Source: an uncultured delta proteobacterium
GTDB lineage: Bacteria > Myxococcota > UBA727 > VGSZ01
Assembly: GCA_963775425.1 (NCBI GenBank)
Contig: CAVZJB010000009.1
Location: 1-64,000 of the forward strand
Direction: 5' to 3'
DNA: 64,000 nt
The notes under the pieces were generated by a model that was given only the letters and a program-made list of their open reading frames with translations, made no database searches and was not told the origin of the DNA. Made by a program: the position numbers and the translations under genes. Within the stretch, counting starts at the first letter, position 1, and each line of letters begins with the position of its first letter. This document shows positions 25,768-36,361 of the stretch, piece by piece.

Positions 25768-27236
25768 TCGTGGTCCTCGTCGTTGTCGTCGTCGCTATCT
25801 TTGGGGATGTAGGCGGGCGGCAAACCGGTGGCGGCGTAGTCCGCCATGAGCCTCTTCAAGAGCGGCGCGATCCCGGCCGGCGCCGGCGGGAGCGATGGCG
25901 GATCGGCCGAGAGCGCCCGGCGCCCACCGGCAGCGTTCTTGTGTTTGTCGAGCGGCAGGAGTGTGGTGAGGTGCTTGCCGGTGCGGTGGTCGACGAGGTC
26001 GATGCTCGACAGGTCCCACCGAGCGACGCGCACGCTGGGGCGCAGCAGGGTGCGGTAGGTGGAGGGGATCTCGAAGCGGACGCCCTCCACGGTGATGGTG
26101 CCGTCGCTTCTGCGCTGCGTGCGCCGCACCTCCATGCGGAAGGCGCGGCGGAGCTCGTCACTCGAGGGGCACGGCCGCCCGAGGTCAGGGCCCCGCAAGA
26201 ACCGCTCGAGCGGCGTCTCGCCGATCTCGTCGTGCCTCTTCCGGTTGTACTCGCCCTCGACCCACGCCTGGGTGGCGCGGTTGAGGAGCTCGAGGGTGAG
26301 CTCCTTTTCGCCCTCGAGCATCGCCATGAGGCGGGCCTCGACCTGGCCCCAGAAGGACTCCTGCTTGCCGTTCTGCTCCGGCGTCTCGGGCAGCGTCGTG
26401 TGGTGCGTGATCGAGAGGCGCTCGAGCCCCTGCGCGCTCTCGGCGGCGAGGAACGCCTTGCCGTTGTCCGAGAGCAGCGCCCGCGGCAGCCCGCGCTTCA
26501 TGAGCGCCTGGCTGAAGCCGTGTACGAAGGACTCAGCCTTCTCCTCGCCGAGGTACCACTGCAGGTGGCAGCACAGCCGGGAGTGATCGTCGAGGACGCC
26601 GAACGCCACCGGCTTCTGCCACTCGCCGCTCGGCAAGAGCACCTTGCGCTTGCACTCGTGGAAGTCCGTGTGCCACAGCGCGTTCGTGTGCTCCACCTCG
26701 AACGAGCGGCGCTCCCTGGGAACGAAGGAGGGATCAGCCTCGTGTCGACGAGCCCGGCGGGCCTTCTGGAGGCCGTTGCGCTTCATGTACCGGCAGACGC
26801 TCGCGTAGCCCGGCAGGGGCACGAGCGTCGCGTCCTCCGCCGCGAGCGCCTTCAGGTTGTCGAAGACGAGCTGGAACGTCCAGCGTGGGTGCTGCTTGCG
26901 GAGGAGCCTGATCTTCGCGGCGACGGCCACGGAGATACTCGGCTGCGTACCCGCGTGCCTGGGCACCCTGCGCTCGAGCGCCTTGATCGGGTCCGGCTCG
27001 TCCTTGGCGGTGTAGTACCAGCGCTCGATCGTCTTCGGGCTGAAGCGGATGGTTTCGCCGGTCGTCGGGTGACGCCAAGGCTTGTTGGCGAGAGCCTCGA
27101 TGCGTGCCCAGAGCTCGCCGGCCTCCGCGGGCGCGCTCAGGAGCGGCCCGATGATCGCAAAGCGCAAGCGTGCCCAGCGCACGCGCGGCGGCGTGTCGTT
27201 GTCGTTGGCCATGGGGATCTCCGTCGGGCGCGACAT
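25764..27236 (-). CDS. DDE integrase/transposase (IS481/Mu-like)
   Basis: LWHTDF, LDDHSR, SDNG, NGKQES. The start may be 27213. Confidence 0.9.
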   Translation of the reverse strand: MSRPTEIPMANDNDTPPRVRWARLRFAIIGPLLSAPAEAGELWARIEALANKPWRHPTTGETIRFSPKTIERWYYTAKDEPDPIKALERRVPRHAGTQPSISVAVAAKIRLLRKQHPRWTFQLVFDNLKALAAEDATLVPLPGYASVCRYMKRNGLQKARRARRHEADPSFVPRERRSFEVEHTNALWHTDFHECKRKVLLPSGEWQKPVAFGVLDDHSRLCCHLQWYLGEEKAESFVHGFSQALMKRGLPRALLSDNGKAFLAAESAQGLERLSITHHTTLPETPEQNGKQESFWGQVEARLMAMLEGEKELTLELLNRATQAWVEGEYNRKRHDEIGETPLERFLRGPDLGRPCPSSDELRRAFRMEVRRTQRRSDGTITVEGVRFEIPSTYRTLLRPSVRVARWDLSSIDLVDHRTGKHLTTLLPLDKHKNAAGGRRALSADPPSLPPAPAGIAPLLKRLMADYAATGLPPAYIPKDSDDDNDEDHE

Positions 27237-27283
27237 CTACCCGACCGAGCACGCTCTCGAGAAATGCCAACTTCTGCGCGAGC

Positions 27284-27868
27284 TCAGCCGGCCCGCAGGA
27301 AACGTGGCGCATCGGGGCACGACTGCGTCGTCACCGGCGCCAGGAGCTGCGCCGCCGTCACCATCACCCGCTCGACGTCGAGAGGGCCCAGCGCCTGCGC
27401 GAGACGTTCGAGGAGCGACTTCGGCAGCTCAGCCCCGGCAGGCGGTGGCGGCGCGAACCGAGCCCGCAGCTCCGTCCACGTTGGCAGCGCCGGGAAGATC
27501 ACCTGCCACCAGCCGAGCCACCGCCGCACCGTCCGCACGGGCACCCCTGCCGCCGTCACGCTGCCGCAGAGCGCCCACAGGCTGGCCAGGAGCACCACGG
27601 CACCAAGGTAGACCCGCCGCCCCAGGAACCTCACCGACGGCGGCTGAGTACGTCGACGGCACGCACCGCAGCAGAGGCTGAACCGCACGTTGAACGCCTC
27701 GCCCGCGGCCGCCACCAGCGCACCCCGCGGCTTCCTCGGGTAGTCCCCCCGGTGCAGCGGCCCCTCGCACCGCCGGCATCCTGCTGCCGCAACGGCCTGG
27801 GTGATCTGTCTGTCCATCTCCACGAGCAAGGCGAAGAACTCGGCGCCGAACATCGCTCCGTGCCACAC
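27284..27868 (-). CDS. Zn-finger/HTH accessory protein of the element
   Basis: CRRC...YPRKPRG...CCGACRRR...RTVRRW. Confidence 0.7.
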   Translation of the reverse strand: MWHGAMFGAEFFALLVEMDRQITQAVAAAGCRRCEGPLHRGDYPRKPRGALVAAAGEAFNVRFSLCCGACRRRTQPPSVRFLGRRVYLGAVVLLASLWALCGSVTAAGVPVRTVRRWLGWWQVIFPALPTWTELRARFAPPPPAGAELPKSLLERLAQALGPLDVERVMVTAAQLLAPVTTQSCPDAPRFLRAG

Positions 27869-28158
27869 TGACCACCTCCGCTTCTCAGCAATTCGGAGAT
27901 GGGCCCCCGCAGGAGCTTTCTCAAGTTTTCTGCGGGGGCTTCTTGCTCTCCCCTCAAGAAACTTGATCAGGAAGGGGCATGCGGCCCGCGATCTTCGTGG
28001 TCGTGCTCAACCGTGCGACGGATCCTGTCGCGCAGACTATCCCTCAGGTCTACTCGGTGCTGCGACCGTTCTTGACGCACCCCTGCGACATGATCCCCCG
28101 ATGAGCGCTCGAATCCCAGGTTCAAGCGACGTCGGTCGACGTCGAAAGCGAGGGCGAG

Positions 28159-29124
28159 ATGAGTGACGTTCCCGGCACCGCGGTCGCAGTCTGGCACCCG
28201 TCAACCCGACCCGTGGGCGACCTCGCGCTCGACACGGCTGCTGACTGGCCGTGGCACGCCCAGAGTCTTTGCGAGGCGCGTCGCGCTCGGCTCCACGCCC
28301 GCGCCTTCGCGGTCGTCGTCGCTGCGCGCAGCACGGGTCGCGTGCGGCTTGAGTCGCGGCTCTGCTTCGCCGAGCGCACCGGGCCACCGGGAGCGATCGT
28401 CCTGGGTTCGCACCCCGCTTGTGACGTCACGAACCTGCACGGCACCTGCCTGCGGCACGCGCTCGTTCTGGGGTGGCCCGATGCTCGCATCGACGTCCTC
28501 GATCTGCGGACAGGCGTCGGTATCGGCGTCGATGACGCACGGTGCGCGCGCGTGTTCGGGAGCAAGGCGGTCCGGTTCAGCGTTGGTGACGCGGAAGTCT
28601 TCGTCGCCGAGGCCGCGCCGGGCGAAGAGCTTCGCCTCTCGTGGGGGGAGCTTGAGCGTCGGGTGAATGGCGCTCGCCCGACGTGGGCGCCCCGCGCCCA
28701 CGTCGCTCGCCAAAGATCGCACGAAGCGACGAGCGCGTTGCGGGAGTCCACGGCGACGCGCTACGGGCTCACGATCGCGCTTCGGGAGCAGCAGCGCGCC
28801 GTCCGCAGCGACGAGGGCGGCCGGCGAATCGTCGTCACGTCGACGATCGAGGAGCTCGAGCGCGGGGTTGTGATCGGGCGCTACGACCGCTGCGATGTCC
28901 AGGGGCCGCTTGCCGGGGACAACAACGTCTCGCGGGTCCACGCTGTCGTCGTCCTCAGGGACAACAAGCTCTTCATCGTCGATGCCGCCTCCACAAACGG
29001 CACTCAGGTGCGCGGGGCTGGCCTCCGAGAGGCCGCCGACCTCTTCGGCGCCGAGCGGGCCCATGAGCTCCGGGCCGAGGAGACCATCCACGTCTGCGGT
29101 CACCGGGTCGAGATTGTCGTGTGA
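28159..29124 (+). CDS. FHA-domain protein
   Basis: IGRYDRC...VSRVHA...DAASTNGT, plus a degenerate N-terminal FHA. Confidence 0.82.
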   Translation: MSDVPGTAVAVWHPSTRPVGDLALDTAADWPWHAQSLCEARRARLHARAFAVVVAARSTGRVRLESRLCFAERTGPPGAIVLGSHPACDVTNLHGTCLRHALVLGWPDARIDVLDLRTGVGIGVDDARCARVFGSKAVRFSVGDAEVFVAEAAPGEELRLSWGELERRVNGARPTWAPRAHVARQRSHEATSALRESTATRYGLTIALREQQRAVRSDEGGRRIVVTSTIEELERGVVIGRYDRCDVQGPLAGDNNVSRVHAVVVLRDNKLFIVDAASTNGTQVRGAGLREAADLFGAERAHELRAEETIHVCGHRVEIVV

Positions 29125-29390
29125 ACGGAGATGACCATCACCAGTTCGAGGAGGCCTGGGCGGGCGGCGTTTCGCGCCGGGGAACACCCCAACAAGATCG
29201 AACTGCTCGCAGAGGGAGCCCGCACGGGCGTTCAGGCGGCGTTTTTGTGCAACTCCCTCCTAGACCCACGAGATTTCAAGGAGTTACATCGTGACGCACG
29301 GACGTTCCCGGGTTGTCCCCAACAGGCTTTGCGGGCGACCTTCTTCCTGCGGTGTTTGCCGGCACCGCCCGGTGAAGCGGCACAAGATCC

Positions 29391-31979
29391 ATGCACGTCG
29401 TCTTTGATCTCGACTTTGATGAAGGCAGCTGGCCGGGGCCATCCGATCAGGGGGCGACCGTTGGCGAAGCTTGGCTTGGTCCGAACGGCTTGGTGTCCAG
29501 GCTCGAGCTCTCGCTCGGGCTCAACGGGATCTTCCCGACCAAAGCTCAGCGTGTAGCTTGTCTTGTTTCGCGTTTGGGGAAGCCCGGGTTTTGGTCCGGA
29601 TCGGCGTTGGTCGATCCGATCGGCACCGCAGTCCGTCTGCTCGACTGGCGCGACGACCTCTGGAGCCATGGCTGGCGAGGGCAAAAGACGGGCGCCCAAC
29701 GTCTCGATGCGATCGCTGAGCTAGCCGGCGATATCAACGGAGGAGCACCGGACCGACTCTCGTCGATCACGAACACGCTCGATCGACGCAGGACGGACGT
29801 CACGAAGATCGAGCTCGGAACCCCTCGGGAACATCTTCCTGCGATCTGGCGAGAAGTCCTGACGAAGCTCGCCGACCGTCGCGTCATGGTCCGCGATGCT
29901 GCGTTCCGGCCCGCGTCATCGACGGGCAACCTTGCAAACGCGCGTCGCGACGGCTTTCAACCGTCCTTCTCCGACCCAAGCCTTCAACTCCTTCGGCCGC
30001 CGGGTCCTCTCGCCGCCGCCGAGCTCGTCGCGGCCTACCTTGCCAGCGTCAACGACGCGTCGACCACGGTGGTCGTCGGTGGCGACCCGATTCTCGACGA
30101 GGCCATGCGACGGTTTGCCCGACCCACGGCGGGCGCCTGCTACCCGGCCCAAGAGAACGCTCTGACGCAGCTCCTCGGCAACGTGTTGGAACTGGCGTGG
30201 TCGCCCGTGCACCCCGATCGGGCCTTCGAGCTTCTTTCACATCCCGATGGACCGATCCCGGCGGTCTGTGCGCGGCCCCTTCGTCGCGCCCTTCAAGAGT
30301 GGCCGTCAACGACAGCGTCGACGTGGATGCAGGGCCTCGAGGACGCATTGGCCGCAATCGACGACCTGAAGCGCCGAGCCGATATCCGCCAACGCATTGA
30401 GACCTTCTTCACGCCGGCGAGCTCGGCGGAGGTGGGCCTCAACCAACTCGAGCCGCGCGTGGTGGCGCTTCAACATTGGCTTCGGGCGCGTGCCGCCACG
30501 TCGACGACACCCGACGACTACCTGGCTGCCGCAGCGCAATCGACTTCCTTCCTTGAGCTCGTTCGCGCGAGCGGCCTTGCTGTCCTCACCAAGACACAGG
30601 CGCGACAGATGGTGGCGCTCGCATCGCCGTCTAAGGGGACGAGTCGCTTTCCCGCTGAGGCTCATCTCCACTCTGTGGGACAGCCAGGCGGCGTCGCCGC
30701 ACCGGCTGACAGAATTGTCTGGTGGAACTTCACGGAGGTGGCCGGCGCTCGCCTGCCGACCGCGTCTCTCACAAACACAGAACGCGCCAGCCTCAAGAGC
30801 ATCGGCGTGAGCGTGCAGACGAGAGGTGATGCAGCGCAACGCGCCGCACATCGCTATAAGCGGCCGCTTTGGCGCGCGAACCGCACGCTCCTCCTCGTGT
30901 GCCCCGAGGTTGGGGTTGACGGGGAGCAGGTCCATCCGCATCCGCTCTGGGATGAAATCACGGCGCGGCTCGTGCGCAGCGACGACCGACGAGCGCTGCT
31001 CAGAACCGCTCCGGTTTTGGAGTCTGAGCTTTCTCAGTCGGCACGCCCGCGAGCAGCGGTGGTCGCCCCGCGACGAGCGTGGTCGGTGCCGGCAGGCACG
31101 GTTGGAGCGCGGCCCAAGGAGTCCCCGTCGAGCATCGGCACGCTTGTGGGGTGTCCCCTCCGTTGGGCGCTCACCTACCACGCGCGGCTGAGCAACGCTC
31201 CGGCGGCAGCTGCGAGAGTCGACGGACGGCTCTACGGCCTCATCGCGCACGAACTCCTTGCAGAGCTAGGGCGCAGCGGATCGTTCTCGTTGGCGAACAT
31301 CACTGACGTCGCACGGCAGCTTTTCGATAAACGCGTCGGCGACCTTGCGTCGGCGCTCTTCCTCCCAGGCGCACACCATGAACGAGCGCAACTGCGAGAG
31401 GTGATCGCTGCAGCAGCAACGCGGGTCGGCGCCCTCGTCCAGAAGCACGGATTCACCGTCGTCGAGGTCGAGACGGAGAGAAGCCGCACCATCGCGTCCA
31501 TTCCTCTTACCGGCACGCCTGATCTGGTGCTCCGCGCTCCAGGCGGAACTTCCGTCGTCGTCGACTTCAAGTGGGGTGGGGAGAGCGTCCATCGCGAAGC
31601 GCTGAAGAACGGTGCCGCTCACCAATTGGCCGCGTACGTCGAGCTCGTCGCCGACGGCGGTGGCCCACGACCAGCGGCGGCCTACTACGTGCTCCGTGCG
31701 CAGCGCATCATCGCGGACACGATCGGTTTGTTGCCCGACGCCGAAGAGCTCGCGTTCGTCAGCAGCGCTGATTGCTGGGACGCGACGGTGAAGGCGTACG
31801 ACGAGGCGATAGCTGGATTCTCAACCGGCGTCTGCGCGTCTGGGGTTGCAGACGAAGCGCACCAAGACCTCCCCGAACGCGGCGAGATCGTGGATGGGCG
31901 GCTGAGCCTGCCCGCGCCGTGCGGTTTCTGCGATTTCCATCATCTCTGCGGACACGCCCAGCAGCAGGGGCAACGCTGA
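29391..31979 (+). CDS. AddB-like protein: inactive helicase scaffold plus PD-(D/E)XK nuclease with Fe-S cysteines
   Basis: SPSS...GCP, GTPDLV...VDFK...QLAAY, PCGFCDFHHLC. Confidence 0.85.
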   Translation: MHVVFDLDFDEGSWPGPSDQGATVGEAWLGPNGLVSRLELSLGLNGIFPTKAQRVACLVSRLGKPGFWSGSALVDPIGTAVRLLDWRDDLWSHGWRGQKTGAQRLDAIAELAGDINGGAPDRLSSITNTLDRRRTDVTKIELGTPREHLPAIWREVLTKLADRRVMVRDAAFRPASSTGNLANARRDGFQPSFSDPSLQLLRPPGPLAAAELVAAYLASVNDASTTVVVGGDPILDEAMRRFARPTAGACYPAQENALTQLLGNVLELAWSPVHPDRAFELLSHPDGPIPAVCARPLRRALQEWPSTTASTWMQGLEDALAAIDDLKRRADIRQRIETFFTPASSAEVGLNQLEPRVVALQHWLRARAATSTTPDDYLAAAAQSTSFLELVRASGLAVLTKTQARQMVALASPSKGTSRFPAEAHLHSVGQPGGVAAPADRIVWWNFTEVAGARLPTASLTNTERASLKSIGVSVQTRGDAAQRAAHRYKRPLWRANRTLLLVCPEVGVDGEQVHPHPLWDEITARLVRSDDRRALLRTAPVLESELSQSARPRAAVVAPRRAWSVPAGTVGARPKESPSSIGTLVGCPLRWALTYHARLSNAPAAAARVDGRLYGLIAHELLAELGRSGSFSLANITDVARQLFDKRVGDLASALFLPGAHHERAQLREVIAAAATRVGALVQKHGFTVVEVETERSRTIASIPLTGTPDLVLRAPGGTSVVVDFKWGGESVHREALKNGAAHQLAAYVELVADGGGPRPAAAYYVLRAQRIIADTIGLLPDAEELAFVSSADCWDATVKAYDEAIAGFSTGVCASGVADEAHQDLPERGEIVDGRLSLPAPCGFCDFHHLCGHAQQQGQR

Positions 31980-31980
31980 G

Positions 31981-34900
31981 ATGAAGAACATCCAGATCAT
32001 CTCGGCGTCGGCCGGCAGCGGAAAGACGACGAGGCTCGCCCGCGAGCTTGAGAACGCCGTGTCCGTGGGAGGTGTTAGCCCCGATTCGATCCTTGCCACG
32101 ACGTTCACTCGCAAAGCTGCATCAGAGCTCTTGGAACGCGGCCGAACGGTGCTGCTTGCTGCCGGCCGCGTCGATGAAGCAGAGCGCTTCGGTGCGGCGC
32201 GAATCGGCACGGTCAACGCGGTCTGCGGCCGGTTGGTCGCCGACTTTGCCTTTGAGCTCGGCGTGTCACCGGACCTCGAGGTGCTCGACGAGAAGAGAGC
32301 TGGCGAGTCGTTCAAGCGCTGCCTCAGCGACGTCGTCACAAAGCAGGAGCTTGCGCGCCTTACGGAAATCGGAACGCGCTTTTACGAGTTCGATTGGCAG
32401 CACGCCGTGCAACGGCTCGTGGAGCTGGCGCGAACGAATGGGATCGCTGTCGAGGAGGTTCCTGTCTCGAAGGCGAGCTCGACTTCTCGGCTACCAAGCG
32501 CTGCTCGGTACAGCGGAGCCGGACGGCATCGCCATCGACGCAGCCCTTGTCGAGGCGCTTGAGGGCTTCATTGCGGGCGTGGAAGCGAACCAGGTATCCG
32601 GCGTCGACGCTACCAGCGGGACCGCCGAGGCTTTGGCGGAAGCCCGGCGCTCCCTGAACGACATGCGAGCCCTGGGCTGCCAGGAATGGCGCCGATGGGT
32701 GAAGCTCGCGAAGCTGCAGACGCGCAAAAAGTCGGAGCATCTCTTGCCCCCGCTGCACGAGGCTGCGCTGCGGGTGCACTCGCATCCGGCGCTGCATGCA
32801 GACGCGCGGGACGCCATCGAGATCGTGTTCGACGTCGCTGCGCGAAGTCTGGCTGCGTACAGCGCGTACAAGAACGAGCGACGCGCGATGGACTTCGTTG
32901 ACCAGGAAGCGCTCGCTCTTCGCCTTCTGCGATTGCCTCCAGTCGCAGAGCAGTTGCGCGAGGAGATCTCGCTCGTCTTGGTGGATGAGTTTCAGGACAC
33001 GAGCCCCATTCAGCTCGCGATCTTTCTCGAGCTCGCCGGCATCGCGAAGAAGAACATCTGGGTCGGCGATCAGAAGCAAGCCATCTACGGATTTCGCGGC
33101 ACCGATCCCGCCTTGATGGATGCCGTCGTCATCGAAATCCTCGGCGACGCCGAGCCCATCACGCTGTCGACGTCTTACCGAAGTCGGCCGGCGCTGGTGA
33201 AGCTGACCAGCGAGGTCTTCTCGAAAGCGTTCTCGCTGCAGGGCCTTCCCGAAAGCCGCGTGCGACTCACGCCGGGAAACCCGCAAGAGGCGGCAGGGCT
33301 CGGGCCTATCGTTGAGAGATGGACGCTGGGGAGCAAGAACCAGGAAGCCGATGCGCGCGCCCTTGCCGGCACCCTGCGATCGTTTCTCGCCGATGACGAT
33401 GTTCGTATCCGCGACCGTGGTTCGAACGCAGCCCGCAAGATCCGCCCGCTCGACACCGCCGTTCTCTGTCGGCGGCGAGCGATGTGCGCGCTGGTCGCTG
33501 CGGAGCTCGCAGCCGCTGGCGTTGCTGCGGTGTTGCCGCGGACCGGCTTGCTGCGTACGCCCGAAGGTCGGCTCCTGCTCGATGGCCTTCGCCTCTGGGC
33601 AGATCCTGACGATGCCCTCGCGGCTGCCGAGGTTGCCCGGTTCGTCTCCCTGGTGGACGACGCTGACGGTTGGCTCCTCACCGCATTGCAGAACCCCTAC
33701 GGCCAGAAGTTCCGGGAAGCGGAGCCCGTGGCCACGGTACTCGCTGTTCGCGCGGCAAAGCCCCACCTCGGTCCCCTGTCGGCTACGGACGAGGTCATGA
33801 CTGCGCTCGGGATTCGCGAGCTGTGCCTTCGCTGGGGGAATGCCGCCCAGCGGTTGGGCAACCTGGATGCCTTTCGTGCACACGTCGTCGCGTTTGCCGC
33901 GCGTGCGAGCGAAGACGGCATCGCGGCCACAGTCTCGAGTCTGGTGAACGACCTCGCCCGGCTCGAAGAGGAGGACGAGGACTCGCAAGCCGTCGTTGGC
34001 TCAGCGGACGCCGTCACGGTGACGACGTGGCACGCAGCCAAAGGCCTCGAGTGGCCGGTGACTGTTCTTTTTCAGCTCGAGAAGGATCCGATCGTCGCAT
34101 CTTTGGGTGTCCACGCCGACGCAACAACAGCGGCGGTCAACTTCACCGATCCGCTGGCCGGCCGACGTGTCCGATTCTGGCCGAACCCCTTCCATCCAAA
34201 CCAGACCGACACGCCGTTTCACGAGCGTCTCTCACAGACCGAGGAGCACCTGCGCGCGGAAGCGCGTGAGCAAAGCCAGGAGCTTCGGCTCTTGTACGTC
34301 GGGTGGACGCGAGCGAGAGACCGCGTGGTGCTGGCCGGCCGCGGGAGCCTGACCGCTGGCATCCTCGGGTTTCTTCGCGACGCGAACGGGCCGTTGCTGG
34401 TTGCTCCGAAGCCCACAGCAGACATTGGACCCGCGAGTGACGTCGTGTGGGCCGGGGAGGCAGTTGCGCTCCGTGAGCGTATGGCCGCCGTCGACTCTGC
34501 AGAGACAGCCGAGCTCGCGCTCGAAGTCGCGTTCGATGCGCCAGCTCCAAGGCTGTACGCGCCTGCTTTTCTCGCGCCGTCATCGATCGCAACCGAAGGC
34601 ACGAATTCGCCACCCATCGTCATCGGTCAGCCAGTGCCGCTCCCGGGCGACCTCGACATGGCGGCGCTGGGAAATGCGCTCCATGGCTTCTTTGCCGCCG
34701 ACCTGCCCGGCCTTACAGCCGAAGGACGCGTCGAGCTCGCTGCGGAGCTGCTGCGCAACTGGCGCGTCGGTGAAGCACTGGACCCCAACAGCGTCGTCAC
34801 CATGAGCGATCGCTTGCGGACGTTCGTGAACGGGCGTTGGCCCAATTGCGCTTGGCATCGAGAGTGGTCGGTCGAACGCGTCCTCGATGGCGGCACCCGA

Positions 34901-35140
34901 CTTCGCGGGGCGGCCGATCTGGTTCTTGAAACCACAGATGGCTTCGTCGTCATCGACCACAAGAGCTATCCGAACCCGGGCGGAGCTGAAGAGCACGCAC
35001 GAGCCTTTGCAGGGCAACTCCACGCTTACGCCGGTGGCATTGAAGCCGCGCGGAAGCGACCCACCCTCGCCACTCTCGTGCACTTCCCCGTCGCCGGTCT
35101 CATGGTGCCGGTCGGCCTCGCGGCCGTGGTGGCTCCATGA
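31981..35140 (+). CDS. AddA/UvrD-like SF1 helicase-nuclease (one frameshift near 32480)
   Basis: ASAGSGKT, TFTRKAA, VDEFQD, VGDQKQAIYGFRG, HAAKGLEW, LYVGWTRAR, ADLV...IDHK...QLHAY across two frames. Confidence 0.88.
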
Positions 35141-35772
35141 GGACCACTCCATCGACGTCGTCCAAGAAGGGGCCGGTCTACAGCGCCGACATCACCAAAG
35201 GCGCGTTGATGATCCCCGAGAGCCGCGTCGTCGCCAACGTCTTGCTGCAGTCGCCGCAGCTCTCGTCCGCAGAGTGGGAGGCGCAGGTTGTGCGGGAGAA
35301 CATGTTGCAGAAGCGAAGCCCGGTGACAGCGCGCAGCCGCGCACGCTACCTGCGCGCCCGACTCTCGGTGGGCCCCGCGACGTTGCTTCCGCTGTTGGCG
35401 CGGGGCGATACTGAGCTCGCTGCACAAGCCGCCATGGCGCTTGCCATCAAACACAGCCGCCTCCTCGGCGACTACCTCGACCAGGTCGTGAGGCTTCAGC
35501 GGCTTCGCCAGCAACCCTCGCTCGTCGCGAAGGATTGGGCCGCCTTCCTCGACAACGCGGAAGGCTACGCGCCCGAAGTGCATGCATGGAGCACCTCCAC
35601 CCGGCAGAAGCTGGGGCAGGTTGTACACCAGGCGATGAGCGAGGCGGGCTATCTCGCCGACACGAAGTCCAAGCGCCTGCAACCCGTTCGAGTGCGCGCC
35701 GAGATCAGGCGTGTGCTCGACGATGCGCGAGAGGAATACGTGCTGCGATGTCTGGGGGTTGCGGAAGCATGA
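35137..35772 (+). CDS. brxA: BREX protein BrxA (DUF1819)
   Basis: YSADITKGALMIPESR...ENMLQKRS...WSTSTRQKL...EAGYL; operon position. Confidence 0.9.
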   Translation: MRTTPSTSSKKGPVYSADITKGALMIPESRVVANVLLQSPQLSSAEWEAQVVRENMLQKRSPVTARSRARYLRARLSVGPATLLPLLARGDTELAAQAAMALAIKHSRLLGDYLDQVVRLQRLRQQPSLVAKDWAAFLDNAEGYAPEVHAWSTSTRQKLGQVVHQAMSEAGYLADTKSKRLQPVRVRAEIRRVLDDAREEYVLRCLGVAEA

Positions 35773-36350
35773 CGAACGACGACAACTTTCAGGAGCGACT
35801 GGACGCGGTGCTGCCACGACTCCGTTCCAAGGACTTTCTCGAGTCCACGGGCCTCGGGAACGAGATCGCGTTCTACGTCTTCGACTACCCGCCAGTTCAC
35901 GAGCTGAAGGTGCGAGATGAGATCGCTTCTGTTGTGAAGAAGCTCGCCGGAGACAAGCCGCCCATCAAAGTCCGCCACATCAACTTGTTCGATGTCCTCG
36001 TCGATCACCTCAAGGAGCGTGGTTTCCTCGACAAGGTGTTCGAGATGCAACGCACCAAAGGGGACGACGCGGTGCTGTCGCCCCTCAAGGGCCCGCTCGA
36101 TGCCAAACGCTTTGCCGACGTCGTCGTGGCGGCAGCGAAGCCGAGCGAAGTCGACCTTGTGCTCGTGTCAGGAGTTGGCGGGGTTTACCCGCTGATCCGC
36201 ACGCACCAACTCTTGAACAACCTTCATCCGCTGGTCCCGCACACGCCAATGGTCTTCTTTTATCCCGGCGACTACGACGGCAAGCACTTCCGGCTCTTCG
36301 GGAAGCTTCAAAACGACAACTACTACCGTGCCTTCAAGCTCGTGAGCTGA
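35769..36350 (+). CDS. brxB: BREX protein BrxB (DUF1788)
   Basis: GLGNEIAFYVFDYPP, YPLIRTH, FYPGDY, NYYRAF. Confidence 0.93.
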   Translation: MTNDDNFQERLDAVLPRLRSKDFLESTGLGNEIAFYVFDYPPVHELKVRDEIASVVKKLAGDKPPIKVRHINLFDVLVDHLKERGFLDKVFEMQRTKGDDAVLSPLKGPLDAKRFADVVVAAAKPSEVDLVLVSGVGGVYPLIRTHQLLNNLHPLVPHTPMVFFYPGDYDGKHFRLFGKLQNDNYYRAFKLVS

Positions 36351-36361
36351 GTGGGGAATTC

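Larger units (their letters stand above)
24598..27979 (-). mobile_element. Four-gene transposable element: Zn-finger ORF, DDE integrase, ExeA-like ATPase, small ORF
   Basis: Co-oriented overlapping genes; imperfect terminal IRs (TGCTCTCGTTTTCTGAGGGG vs TGATCAAGTTTCTTGAGGGG). Ends approximate; no target duplication seen. Confidence 0.75.

Noticed and set aside
25770-27611. Long antisense ORFs (also 13536-15563, 10620-12122, 32360-33988, 49061-50434, 54250-55671, 61682-63010)
   Set aside because: Shadow frames opposite motif-bearing genes in high-GC DNA; no motifs of their own.
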